From Candidatus Hydrogenedentota bacterium (lineage in GTDB: Bacteria > Hydrogenedentota > Hydrogenedentia > Hydrogenedentales > SLHB01): a DNA stretch of 64,000 nucleotides. Every line of letters starts with the position of its first letter. Within the stretch, counting starts at the first letter, position 1. The notes under the pieces are model-generated. The model was given only the letters and a program-made list of their open reading frames with translations, was not told where the DNA came from and made no database searches. Made by a program: the position numbers and the translations under genes. This document shows, in pieces, positions 52,762 to 62,867 of this stretch. The stretch spans positions 96,001 to 160,000 of the forward strand of contig CAVUWV010000024.1 of the NCBI GenBank assembly GCA_963745075.1. The letters are read 5' to 3'.

Positions 52762-53616
52762 ACGGGTCGGATGCAGCGAGTGTAAACGATGCCGCAAACT
52801 TTGTGCGGTCGTCTCTGGGCGAGATGCCTGCGTTCGCCTGTGTTGCCGAACGCGGGGCACTTTCTGCCGGAGTAGTTGCCGGTGAAGGTTCTTCGTGTTG
52901 GCAACTTGACTCCGGCGGACCGGCACACGACAAGGTATACTGTGGCCGCGCCAACGGAGAGCCCCCTTCTTCTCATAATTGAATCACCTCCGTTTCAATC
53001 GACCCGAACCCGCACGTTTGCGGCACGGCTCGCTTCCAAGTGCGGTTGTGAGGCGCTATTCGTTATAACTGCCGCGATACCGCTTACCCGGGATCTTCTA
53101 CCGGGCGAGTTGATGGTGGTCTGCGACCATATCAATCTGCTTGGTGACAGTCCGCTCATCGGGCCCCCTTCGGATGGATCGACCTTCCCATTCTGCGATC
53201 TCACAAACGCCTATGACCCTGCGTTGCAGGATGATGTGGCGCGCGCCGCGGAGGCGGCGTCGCTTGCCGCACATCCCGGGGTCTACGTGGCCAGCCCGCT
53301 GGCTGAACGTCCGGATGCCTCGGCGTTGGAAATCCTGCGCGATTCCGGAGGGCATGCCTGCGGCACCGGACTTGTGCCACATGTGCTCGCGGCCCGCGAC
53401 GCATCGCTGAAGGTTGCTGCACTAAGTTGTTTGACGACTTCTGATTCCGCCATAGTGTCGGGCCCTCCCGCCCGGCTTGACGCCGAAGCATTGGATACGC
53501 GCATCGACCGGTTTTCTCAACTGGTAGGAGGGCTCCTCGGCCAGTGGTCGCGACGCGGCGGGACCAGGAGCCAGCGCCGGTTCGCTACCGCAGAAGATGG
53601 AGATGCAAAGAACTAG
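52758..53616 (+). CDS. Degenerate purine nucleoside phosphorylase-like protein, frameshifted near 52962
   Basis: GTGA overlap with DUF167; DHINLLGDSPLIG, F.DLTNAYD, GVY; catalytic motifs altered. Confidence 0.65.
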
Positions 53617-53702
53617 TTTTGCAATATATCGTTGTGTATCATAGGAGTGTTCATACGTTCGGGGATTCATAATTTGCATTCATGCCGTCGTAGGAGAATT
53701 CG

Positions 53703-54782
53703 GTGTCAAGTAAAATTATTCGCGGACTCTTTATCATGGCGTGCATCGTTATGGGGGGATTTTGGTCATACTACCTCGTAAACGAGCACAACGAATTGGT
53801 GATTCAGGCACTCGCCCGGGGCGAACCCGGGGCGATGAACCAATTGCCGCAGAGCGTCTCCGTGTGGACCACCCTCGGATGTGTTACCGGCGGTGTCGTC
53901 TCCGCGCTTATCATCTTTATTCTGGCCTTCGTCACCCAAGAGCTGTTCGAGCGCATGTTTCCGGCGCTGGTTGCGATCGTCCTGGCGATGATGGTCGGTT
54001 ATTTCTTAGCCAAATACATTCTCATCTGGTATCCAATATACGACCGCACGGTCGAAGTCTACCTGACAACCTCGTTAGTCCTCGTCTTCGGGTACGTGGG
54101 CATCTGGCTCGGTTTGTCCCGTGCCACCCATTGGGACACGCTCATTCAAGCGGTTTACCGCAGAGAATTCGAGCGCGGAAGCCCGAAACTGGTCGATACC
54201 AGCGTGATTATCGACGGGAGAATTGCTGAAGTCTGTCAAACCGGGTTTGTGGAAGGCACACTAATTATTCCACGATTCGTGTTAAGGGAACTCCAGAATA
54301 TCGCGGATTCCGCCGACGAATTGCGTCGCGTTCGAGGCCGGCGCGGACTGGATATCCTGAAGCAGTTGCAGCAACCGGAAAGCAAAGTCGCCGTCGAGGT
54401 GGTGGAAGACGACCCACCCGGCACGGCTGAAGTCGACGGAAAACTCATTGAACTCGCCCGTCAATTCCAGGCCAAGATTTTGACCAACGACTTGAATCTG
54501 AACAAGGTTGCCCAGATCGATGGGATTGAAGTTTTGAATCTGAACGATCTGGCCAATGCCCTCAAACCCGCCCTGCTTCCCGACGAACAACTGAACGTGA
54601 AAATCGTGAAAGAAGGCAAAGAGGCGCAGCAGGGTGTCGGCTATCTCGACGACGGCACCATGGTCGTGGTGGACGGCGGCCGCGAATTCGTTGGCAAAGA
54701 AGTCATGGCGCTTGTCACCAGCGTGCTTCAGACAACCGCGGGACGTATGATCTTCGGTAAACTGCAGCGCGTCATCGGCTGA
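53703..54782 (+). CDS. PIN-TRAM domain membrane protein (YacL-like)
   Basis: N-terminal TMs; LVDTSVIIDGRI, RGRRGLDIL, TND.NLNKVA, GVGYLDDGTMVVV, QTTAGRMIF; upstream of ispD/ispF as usual. Confidence 0.93.
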   Translation: MSSKIIRGLFIMACIVMGGFWSYYLVNEHNELVIQALARGEPGAMNQLPQSVSVWTTLGCVTGGVVSALIIFILAFVTQELFERMFPALVAIVLAMMVGYFLAKYILIWYPIYDRTVEVYLTTSLVLVFGYVGIWLGLSRATHWDTLIQAVYRREFERGSPKLVDTSVIIDGRIAEVCQTGFVEGTLIIPRFVLRELQNIADSADELRRVRGRRGLDILKQLQQPESKVAVEVVEDDPPGTAEVDGKLIELARQFQAKILTNDLNLNKVAQIDGIEVLNLNDLANALKPALLPDEQLNVKIVKEGKEAQQGVGYLDDGTMVVVDGGREFVGKEVMALVTSVLQTTAGRMIFGKLQRVIG

Positions 54783-54795
54783 GCGCGGGGGTTCC

Positions 54796-55488
54796 GTGGA
54801 AAACGTGCAACTCCTGATACCCGCCGCGGGGATGGGGCTTCGGCTCGGCACAGGCGGCCCGAAAGCATTGATCGAATTGGCCGGCACACCACTGCTGGTT
54901 CGTACGTTGTCTCGATTTGAACCCCTGGACCTTGTCGCGCGTGCCGTAATCGTCGGTCCGGCCGAGTGCAAAACCCAATTTCTGGAAGTCCTGACCGCTG
55001 CCTATCCGGGCGTGACGTTCACTTGGACCGATGGCGGCGTCGAGCGTCAGCATTCAGTTATGAACGGTCTGGCCGCGCTGACGGAGGACTGCGAAATTGT
55101 TGTAATACACGACGCCGCCCGCCCCTTCGTGCCGAAACACGCGGTCCGGGACTCCATTGACGCCGCCCGCGAATTCGGCGCCGCTACCGTGGCCATCCCC
55201 GCCATTGATACCGTGCTGGTCGGCGACGCGGACGCCTTTCTCGTGGACACGCCGGACCGCACCCGGCTTTGGGCCTGTCAGACACCGCAGACCTTTCGCG
55301 TGTCTGTCATACGCGACGCCCATCGAAAGGCCAGCCGGGAAGACCACCTCGGCACGGATGACGCCACCCTGGTCCAGCGGACCGGCGGCCGCGTCAAGCT
55401 GGTGAACGGGTCGCCGCTGAACTTCAAGGTGACGACGCCTGAAGACTTCGCGCTCGCCGAACGCGTCATCGAAGGAGGATTGGTGTGA
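54796..55488 (+). CDS. ispD: 2-C-methyl-D-erythritol 4-phosphate cytidylyltransferase
   Basis: PAAG.G.RLG..PK, GG.ERQ.SV, IHDAARPF, QTPQ.F, TDD, NFKVTTPED. Confidence 0.95.
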   Translation: MENVQLLIPAAGMGLRLGTGGPKALIELAGTPLLVRTLSRFEPLDLVARAVIVGPAECKTQFLEVLTAAYPGVTFTWTDGGVERQHSVMNGLAALTEDCEIVVIHDAARPFVPKHAVRDSIDAAREFGAATVAIPAIDTVLVGDADAFLVDTPDRTRLWACQTPQTFRVSVIRDAHRKASREDHLGTDDATLVQRTGGRVKLVNGSPLNFKVTTPEDFALAERVIEGGLV

Positions 55489-55497
55489 TTCGCAAGA

Positions 55498-55623
55498 GAG
55501 TTAGGGACTGACACCGTCTTTCGCGTCGGACGAACCGTGCTGCAACACGTTGAGCAGATCCAGGATAACGTCGGGACGTCGTGCAAACGTTGGCGCGCGA
55601 AACACGGTGTCTGTCCCTAACTC
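55498..55623. repeat. 126-bp MITE/REPIN-like element with 28-bp terminal inverted repeats
   Basis: gagttagggactgacaccgtctttcgcg matches the reverse complement of 55596-55623 at 26/28 positions. Confidence 0.8.
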
Positions 55624-55641
55624 GTTGGAGGGAGTGCCTCA

Positions 55642-56121
55642 GTGATACGCATAGGCTTTGGATACGACCTGCATCGGCTTGAAGAAGGTCGTCCCCTCAT
55701 TCTGGGCGGCATCCACGTGCCCTACGAACGAGGTCTCGCCGGCCATTCCGACGCGGATGTCCTCGCCCACGCCATCACCGACGCACTCCTTGGCGCCGCC
55801 GCCCTCGGCAACATCGGTCAACATTTTCCAGACACCGACCCTCGTTACAAAGACGCCGACAGCATGCAACTCCTCCGCAACGTCGTCGGCATGGTCAACG
55901 AACACGGCTACCACATCGTCAACATTGACAGCAACCTCGTCGCCCAACAGCCCAAGCTCAATCCCCACATCGACGCCATCCGCAAGTCCCTCGCCGCCTG
56001 CCTCGGTCTCCCCGTCGACGCCGTCTCCGTCAAAGCCAAGACCAACGAACACGTCGGTCCCGAAGGCCGCGGCGAAGCCATCAGCGCACAGGCCGTCGTT
56101 CTCCTCGGTAAAGACGCGTAA
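55642..56121 (+). CDS. ispF: 2-C-methyl-D-erythritol 2,4-cyclodiphosphate synthase
   Basis: [36 protein letters not shown]. Confidence 0.96.
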   Translation: MIRIGFGYDLHRLEEGRPLILGGIHVPYERGLAGHSDADVLAHAITDALLGAAALGNIGQHFPDTDPRYKDADSMQLLRNVVGMVNEHGYHIVNIDSNLVAQQPKLNPHIDAIRKSLAACLGLPVDAVSVKAKTNEHVGPEGRGEAISAQAVVLLGKDA

Positions 56122-56196
56122 TTAGAATCGCTCGCTCGACCGACATGAACCGTCAAACACCCCCATCGGCAAGTTGCGTGGTGTTTTCGCAAGCAA

Positions 56197-56251
56197 CACT
56201 TCTCACCGTCGCAACTCTGCCTTTCGGATGTCGCCGCGACGGTGAGAAGTG
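56197..56251. terminator. Perfect 16-bp stem-loop between convergent genes
   Basis: cacttctcaccgtcgc ... gcgacggtgagaagtg. Confidence 0.55.
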
Positions 56252-56420
56252 CAAACTATGAATGTACCGAACGCTGTAATGGCAACGTTCTCGAATGCTA
56301 TCGGATGTCGTTCTCCGAAATCCCTATACAACACACGCCGAGCCTGGGACTCGATTGCCGGTCCGCCTTGCTGCCGGGCGTGCTTAGGTTTCCGTGCAAT
56401 ATCTGCTACACAAAGTGGGA

Positions 56421-57599
56421 TCATTTTCCCCCGGGCACACCCTGGCCCGGCTGATACGGATCCTTTTGTTGCTGACTAGGCCCTTCTTGCTCAGGTTGGT
56501 CTTGCTCCGGTTTCGATTCCGGACCCTGGGGCGCCTCCTCCGTGGGGCCGGGAGCCACGTAACCGTATACGTACCAGTAGGGTTCCTGGCCAAACGCGTC
56601 GTGAACCTTTCGGCTGAAATCCTCTTGTTCCAAGGCCCTATAGTCACCCTTGGCTAACATAACTCCGGCAAGGTCCGGTTCCGTCGCGTTCAGAGCTAGA
56701 ACCTTATCGCTAGGTCGAATGTCAATCGCCTCCCAGGGAACGGCCGCGGTATCGGTGAACAAACCTACGGTACCGCCGTACGACACAATGCCGTACACCG
56801 CGCGGCCTTCTCTGGTGTCGATAATTGCGTCTTTCAATTCGCCGATCGACGTATTATCCGAACCCTTGATATCCGTTCCGATAAGCGAACTCAGGCGGCG
56901 CTGCCAATCGGATTTTGCGCCCTCGGCCGGCTGGTTCGTCTCAGGTTGCGGGGTAGCGCCCAATTCCGAAGTTTTCTCACCACGACCGGCGGCGCTGGTC
57001 TTGTGCATACGCGCACCCGATGTGCCACTCATGAACGCGGGATCGGCGCTCTCGGGATAATGATCCGTGTCGATTCCCTTCGCATTCTCGAGACGGTCTT
57101 TGGGAACATTGATATAGAGCGCAACTGCGCCCTGAGAGGAGTCTTGAGATCCCAATCCATCAAACGCGCTGGGTACTTCGAACGCTTCCCACGGCACGGC
57201 AATGAGCTTTTCTCCCACACCCAAAATGCCGCCGTATTCCAAGACCACATATGCGATGCGGTTATCGCCCGGTTCGAGGACAATGTCGCCAACTTCGCCG
57301 ATGTCTTCGCCCTTCGGTGCTGCTTCGTTCTTACCATTGGCGGACTCTTGGGAGGTCTCGCCGCTCGTACCGATGTTGCGGATCGTCATGCCAAGAAGCT
57401 TGTCCGCACTCACGAGCGTTTCGCCCATGCCAGCTCTCTCGTCCCATTTGGATAGGTGAATCTTGGGGCTCTGCGACTACATTGCCGGTGATTGGCCGCC
57501 CTGTGCCTGCAGTTCGCTGCCCTGCGCTTGAGCCATCGATACCGGCGCCAGCATCAAGCAACTCAGCACCACTACTACGAGCCATTTCCCGTTCGTCAT
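56421..57599 (-). CDS. Secreted tandem PRC-barrel protein interrupted by an in-frame TAG at 57477-57479
   Basis: RBS gaggagg, signal peptide MTNGKWLVVVVL; two PRC units (IG.V.DI...YVVL.YGG.LG.GEK..AVPWEA). Confidence 0.78.
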
Positions 57600-57700
57600 T
57601 CCGTCTTCCTCCTCTGTTGGGTTCCCACTTGGAAAGCACGCACGCGGATCGCGACGTGCGGGTGCAAACCACCCATAACGCCTGGAACGGAGCGGAAGCC

Positions 57701-57716
57701 GCAAGCGCAGTGCCAA
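57701..57716 (-). promoter_or_regulatory. Sigma54 (-24/-12) promoter TTGGCAC-TGCGC-TTGC
   Basis: Exact GG-N10-GC spacing with TGGCAC/TTGC consensus, ~100 nt upstream of the PRC-barrel ATG. Confidence 0.7.
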
Positions 57717-57984
57717 TTGCGGAAGGCTATTGGTAACAAAGGGCGTAGGCAAGGGGCGATCGCAGAATTGAATCGGCTGTATCTATTCCATACAGGGATC
57801 GCGTGGGCGATCTATACAAACATGTAGGGAATCGGTACGCACCCGGGACCCTAACGAATCTGGACTTCTCACCGTGCCCAAGGTACCGGTCGGCAAGACG
57901 ACAATTTTCGGGGCGTTGAGAAATGCGGACTATCCGAGGACTCGCCTGTGAGAGACAGCTTGTGGTCCGGTGAGAAATGCGGCG

Positions 57985-58989
57985 CTAAGGCCGCTGATCC
58001 TCAAGATACCTCGCCCAATTCCGCGTCATACCATCAAGCGAACCAAACGCGCGCTCGAAGGACTCGACCGTCGGAAAACGTTGCCCCGTTCGCTCGGTGC
58101 GAAGCGCTTTCAGATACTCGCGCAATTGGAACGGGTAACGGTGCGACATGAAATCGTAGAAACCCCAGGCTTGGGCATAGCGGATTCGAGCGTTACCCAT
58201 GTCTCGAAAATCTACGCGAGTAAACGTGACGAAATCCCGGAGAGATAGAAGTTTTCCCGCGTCGCGCGCCTTCCTGAGGGTCCCCTGCCATTGTTCACCA
58301 CGGCTCGCATCGCCAATGCCGCTGTATTCCAGATTGACCGCCATGCCTTCGGTAATCCACATGGGGTACACCACCTCGCGACGAAGAATCCCCCGGCTGA
58401 AACCGAGGTGGTGAACCGCTTCGTGGGTGACCTTGGCGATCGTGTCTCGCGACTCGAACGTAGCCAACGGAACCGATTGCCCCGTCTCCTGGTCCTCGGA
58501 CGCCGGTTCAAGCGTTGTAGGTCCGATCCCTTCAATATTTTTCTCGGAGTTGCAGCAAAAAGCGACCCGATTCGTCATCGCTGAATAGTAAGCCTCCAGA
58601 GAATAAGGCGCGATACCATCGGCCGCACGAGCGTATGCTACGAAGTCGCTCCGCTCTTGAAAACAGATCCATACCAGCGGAGCGTGAAGGTCATTGCGTG
58701 GCAGTCCGATTTCATCCATGCACGCGTCGAACCGGTCGTATGAGTCTTCGAGCAACCGTCCCAGTTGCTCGGCCCATAAGGCCGACGCGTTATGATAAAT
58801 CGCGAAATGTTTCGTACGCTCCAAGAGCAAGCCTTCTCGATCCACGAGATTCTGCAACGTTGCGTCAGGCTGAGCCGAAACCAGGTCCGGTTCTGACGTG
58901 GCGCCCATTGACGCTTCGTCAGATCCGGCAAGCGCCGCACCAGAAGCAAATACGAACATGAACGATACGTTTAAGAGAATCTTCCACAT
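57985..58989 (-). CDS. Secreted DUF1570/peptidase MA-like protein
   Basis: Signal peptide; THEAVHH (HExxH), PMWITEGMA, YAQAW. Confidence 0.82.
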   Translation of the reverse strand: MWKILLNVSFMFVFASGAALAGSDEASMGATSEPDLVSAQPDATLQNLVDREGLLLERTKHFAIYHNASALWAEQLGRLLEDSYDRFDACMDEIGLPRNDLHAPLVWICFQERSDFVAYARAADGIAPYSLEAYYSAMTNRVAFCCNSEKNIEGIGPTTLEPASEDQETGQSVPLATFESRDTIAKVTHEAVHHLGFSRGILRREVVYPMWITEGMAVNLEYSGIGDASRGEQWQGTLRKARDAGKLLSLRDFVTFTRVDFRDMGNARIRYAQAWGFYDFMSHRYPFQLREYLKALRTERTGQRFPTVESFERAFGSLDGMTRNWARYLEDQRP

Positions 58990-59659
58990 ACCACAATTTG
59001 AGTCCCGCTATGAGAAGTCTGACGATTTCCCCGAGCGTAAGGCCTACCACCTAGGAATTCTTACCCATTCTTCCCTAGGGGATTTTACCAGGCAAGAATC
59101 CCATAATTCAAAAGCTGAACAAATCTCAGTTGCTATGCCAATCGATCTCCTTCACTTGGCATCGTCTTCGATCTTGGCGGACCAACCGTAAAGACTGCAA
59201 TATGTGAATAAAACGAAAGTTGATCCATTTAGCGACGCTGGATAGATGTAGCATCCTCGGAAGAACTCAAACCCAATTCCCGATCGATCACACCAGTCGA
59301 ACCGCGCCGATTTATTGTGAACTAAAAACTTATACAGTGCTGCGATTCTACAACCACGTGTATTCTCGTCCATCAATTCGCGAGCCGTACGGGAAAGGAG
59401 CACGGTCATCTCGCCCGTATCTCAGTTTCAGAAGTGGTCAGAATTCGGTTCCCACGAGCCGACCGAAGTCCCAAAGTCCCCGGATTTCGGCGCACCGATT
59501 TCCAAACGCTGTAGGTCTCGCCGCACAAATACCTTTTCGGCGCCCGCACTTGCGCGAGGTGGTCTTTCGCCTGGTGTCCTCCGCGCCGCGAGAAGAGACG
59601 AAAATGGTTTCCATCGCGTAGAAAGAGAGACGGATCAACGACCCCAATGTGCCGACAGC

Positions 59660-60115
59660 AGGGTCAAACCCGATTGGGCGGAGATTCCGGGTTGGCGGCG
59701 CCATGAGCTGGCGTATCGCGTCGAACACGATCTTGAACTGAGCGTCGTACTTCTTCTCGAGTTCGGAAAGCTTTTCCGCTAAATCGGCGTGAGATGCAAG
59801 CATCTGCCGCAAACGGACGAAGGCGCGCATGATTTCGACATTGACCAAGTCGGCCCGCTTGTTTCGTAGAACGCTCGATAACATGGCAACCCCTTGTTGT
59901 GTAGAGACATACGGAGCGTATTTGCTCGGTCGTCACTTGGAGCATGAAGTCCTCCGGAAACCGGCCAAAGTTCCGTTTGACGGCTTGGGTCAGCACCCAG
60001 ACCTTAACTTCGTACAATGCAGCCAAGTCCGAATCCAGCATGACTTTCTGCCCCGGATAATCCGGATACCGGATTCGATTTGCTCAAGCTCGATGGTCGT
60101 CAGCTCGCCCGCCAC
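59660..60115 (-). pseudogene. ORF6N (phage antirepressor-like DNA-binding) pseudogene
   Basis: [17 protein letters not shown]...QAVKRN..RFPEDFM, then [11 protein letters not shown]...IMRAFVRLR...IGF in other frames; two frameshifts and an apparent internal deletion. Confidence 0.8.
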
Positions 60116-60295
60116 GGCCGGTGTCCCCCTCACGTCGGTTCGGATTGTTCGGCGATCCTTATCGGGATCCGTACCGCATTATCCCGAAAAACATACATGG
60201 TTTGGGCGCGGCGGGGCAGCTTCACTGAGCCCGGATGGGATATCGAACCAAACGGAGGCTTTCACCTCCAAGTCCCACGTGCTAACTTTACCGCT

Positions 60296-61027
60296 GTGAA
60301 AGAGCGTCTCGACATATTGGTGCAACGGCTGGCAGGCGTATCGCGGTCGCGCGCGCAGGGGATGATCCATACCGGCATGGTGTATTCCAAGGCGGGGGAG
60401 AAGTTGGATAAGCCGGGCCTGCGTTTGCCAGTGGACACGTCACTTGAGATTCGGGAAGAGCCGCGGTTCGTAAGCCGGGGCGGTGAAAAACTGGAAGCCG
60501 CATTCCAGGCCTTTGACCTGGACGTGGAAGGAAAAGTCGCCATCGACGTGGGGGCGTCGACGGGCGGGTTCACGGACTGCCTGCTACAACACGGGGCGGC
60601 GAAGGTTTATGCCGTGGACGTAGGCTACGGTCAATTGGCCTGGAAGCTGCGCCAAGATTCCCGGGTCGTCGTGCTGGAGCGGACCAACATCCGCCACCTG
60701 CACCCGGATGCTCTCGACGAGCCCCCCGCGTTCTTTACGGCGGATTGTTCGTTTATCTCTCTGCGCTTGGTATTGCCTCCGATACACGAACTGTCCGCGC
60801 CCGATGCCGAAGGCGTCGTCTTGGTCAAACCCCAGTTTGAAGCGGGCCGCGAGAGCGTCGGAAAAGGCGGCGTTGTGCGCGACCCGGACGTGCATGAGCG
60901 CGTTCTGGTGGACCTTGAAGCGGCGGCCCAAGAGTTGGGATTCGCGCCGGGGCCTGTGATACCCTCTCCGCTGATCGGACCCGCCGGGAACCGGGAGTTC
61001 CTGATGCGGCTCTCCAAGTCCGCCTAG
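60296..61027 (+). CDS. tlyA: TlyA family rRNA 2'-O-methyltransferase
   Basis: KERLD (S4), FVSRGGEKL, DVGASTGGFTD, DVGYGQL, LVKPQFE, GN.EF. Confidence 0.95.
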   Translation: MKERLDILVQRLAGVSRSRAQGMIHTGMVYSKAGEKLDKPGLRLPVDTSLEIREEPRFVSRGGEKLEAAFQAFDLDVEGKVAIDVGASTGGFTDCLLQHGAAKVYAVDVGYGQLAWKLRQDSRVVVLERTNIRHLHPDALDEPPAFFTADCSFISLRLVLPPIHELSAPDAEGVVLVKPQFEAGRESVGKGGVVRDPDVHERVLVDLEAAAQELGFAPGPVIPSPLIGPAGNREFLMRLSKSA

Positions 61028-61119
61028 AGCCTGATTTGGAATGGTCCGCTACACATTGTGGCGTTCCCGATCCAGTCGAATTCGTTTGTCTACACACGTT
61101 TCCGTGAGTGCGCCGAACC

Positions 61120-62786
61120 ATGCTTGAGACATTGCGGATCGAGAACTACGCGTTAATCGACTCGCTCGAAGTTGAGTTCCGTTCCGGACTCAACGTCATG
61201 ACGGGGGAGACCGGCGCGGGTAAATCCATTATCGTGGGGGCCTTGAACCTGGTTCTGGGCGCCCGCGCGTCCAATGAGACCGTTCGGTCCGGTGCCAAGC
61301 GAGCGAAAATCGCCGCAGTATTCTCCTTGCCTCGCCTCTCGCGGCGTCTGAAAACGATTCTGCAAGAGCATGAGATCGAACTGGAAGACGGTCTGCTTCA
61401 CCTGTCACGCACCGTCAACACCGACGGCCGGAGCCGCGCCCATGCGGGCGGATCCATCGTCCCCATCTCCGTCTTGTCGCAAATCGGCGACGAACTCGTC
61501 GACCTCCACGGTCAACACGATCACCAGTCCCTCTTGAAAGCCGACCGCCAACTTGAACTGCTCGACGCCTTTGCCGGCGCCGAAGATGCCTGTGCGAACG
61601 TCGGGGAACGGGTTTCGGAATTGCGCCTGCTCCAACAGGAACTGGCCGAACTGGAATCGGACGACCGGGAACGGGCCCGTCGCGTCGAATTCCTGCGCTT
61701 CGAAGTGTCGGAGATAAACGCCGCCGACCTGCAACCGGACGAGGAAGACGAAGTCAAAGCGCGTCGCAACCTCATTACCAACGCGGAGAAAGTGGTCGGA
61801 TTGACGAGCGCTGCCTATGCGACTCTGTATGAAGGCGAGGGACAAACCGCCATCGATGCTATCGACGCCGCGCTGACCGCGCTCGAAGAACTCGCCGAAG
61901 TCGACGAGCAGTTCAAACCCTTGTCCGAGCAGCTTGGCGCTATTCGCGCAACGTTGGATGATTTTTGCTCCGACCTGCGCGGACACACCCAGGAACTCGA
62001 GTTCGACCCACAGGAATTGGAGTCCCTCAATCAGCGCATCAGCCTCATCGGCGGGCTGAAACGGAAATTCGGCGATTCCATTGAAGCAATCCTCGCGTAC
62101 CGGGATCGGGCCGCCCAGGAAATCGAACGATTCGACCAGCGCGACAAAACACTCGCCGAACTCAAGGCACGATGCGATTCGCTCGAAGGCCATGCCCGGG
62201 AAGCCGCACGGGAACTCAGCAAAAAACGCAACACCGCCGCCGCAAAGCTGGACAAAAAAGTGTCAAGCGCGCTTCAGGAACTCGGCATGAAAGGCGGAAC
62301 GTTCCAGACCCGTTTCGACCGGACGGACCTCACGCGCACCGGCGAAGACCGCATCGAGTTTCTCCTGACCGCCAACCCGGGGAGAGCCCGAAACCCCTCC
62401 GGCTAGTCGCGTCCGGCGGCGAGATTTCCCGCGTCATGCTGGGGATCAAGACGGTCTTCGCTACCGCCGACAAGATTCCGACGCTCATATTCGACGAAAT
62501 AGACGCCGGCGTCGGCGGTGCGGTCGCCAATAAGGTCGCTGCGCGCCTGCGCGAGTTGGCCGAGTCCCATCAGACCATCTGCATCACCCATTTGCCTCAA
62601 ATTGCGGCAGCCGCGCACCGCCATTTGCGCGTCGAGAAGTCGACCGCAAAGGGCCGCACCGCCACCCAGGTCGTCGCGGTCGATGCCAACGCTCGCGTGA
62701 ATGAGTTGGCCCGCCTCCTCGATGGATCCCTCTCCGACGTAAGTCTCCAGCACGCCTCCGAGATGTTGAAGACCCACACAGACTAA
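61120..62786 (+). CDS. recN: DNA repair protein RecN, frameshifted near 62380 (missing G)
   Basis: TGETGAGKS, LHGQH; continuation ASGGEISR, FDEIDAG, ITHLPQIAA. Confidence 0.93.
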
Positions 62787-62867
62787 TTCGAATCGGCGGC
62801 GCGTGCAATCGTCCTGCCATCCTGCTATGGTTTCTCTTGTTTTGCGAACGAAGGGGGTAGTCATCCG

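Noticed and set aside
59126..59141. Sigma54-like TTGGCATAGCAACTGA upstream of the DUF1570 gene
   Set aside because: The -12 element reads GA instead of the conserved GC
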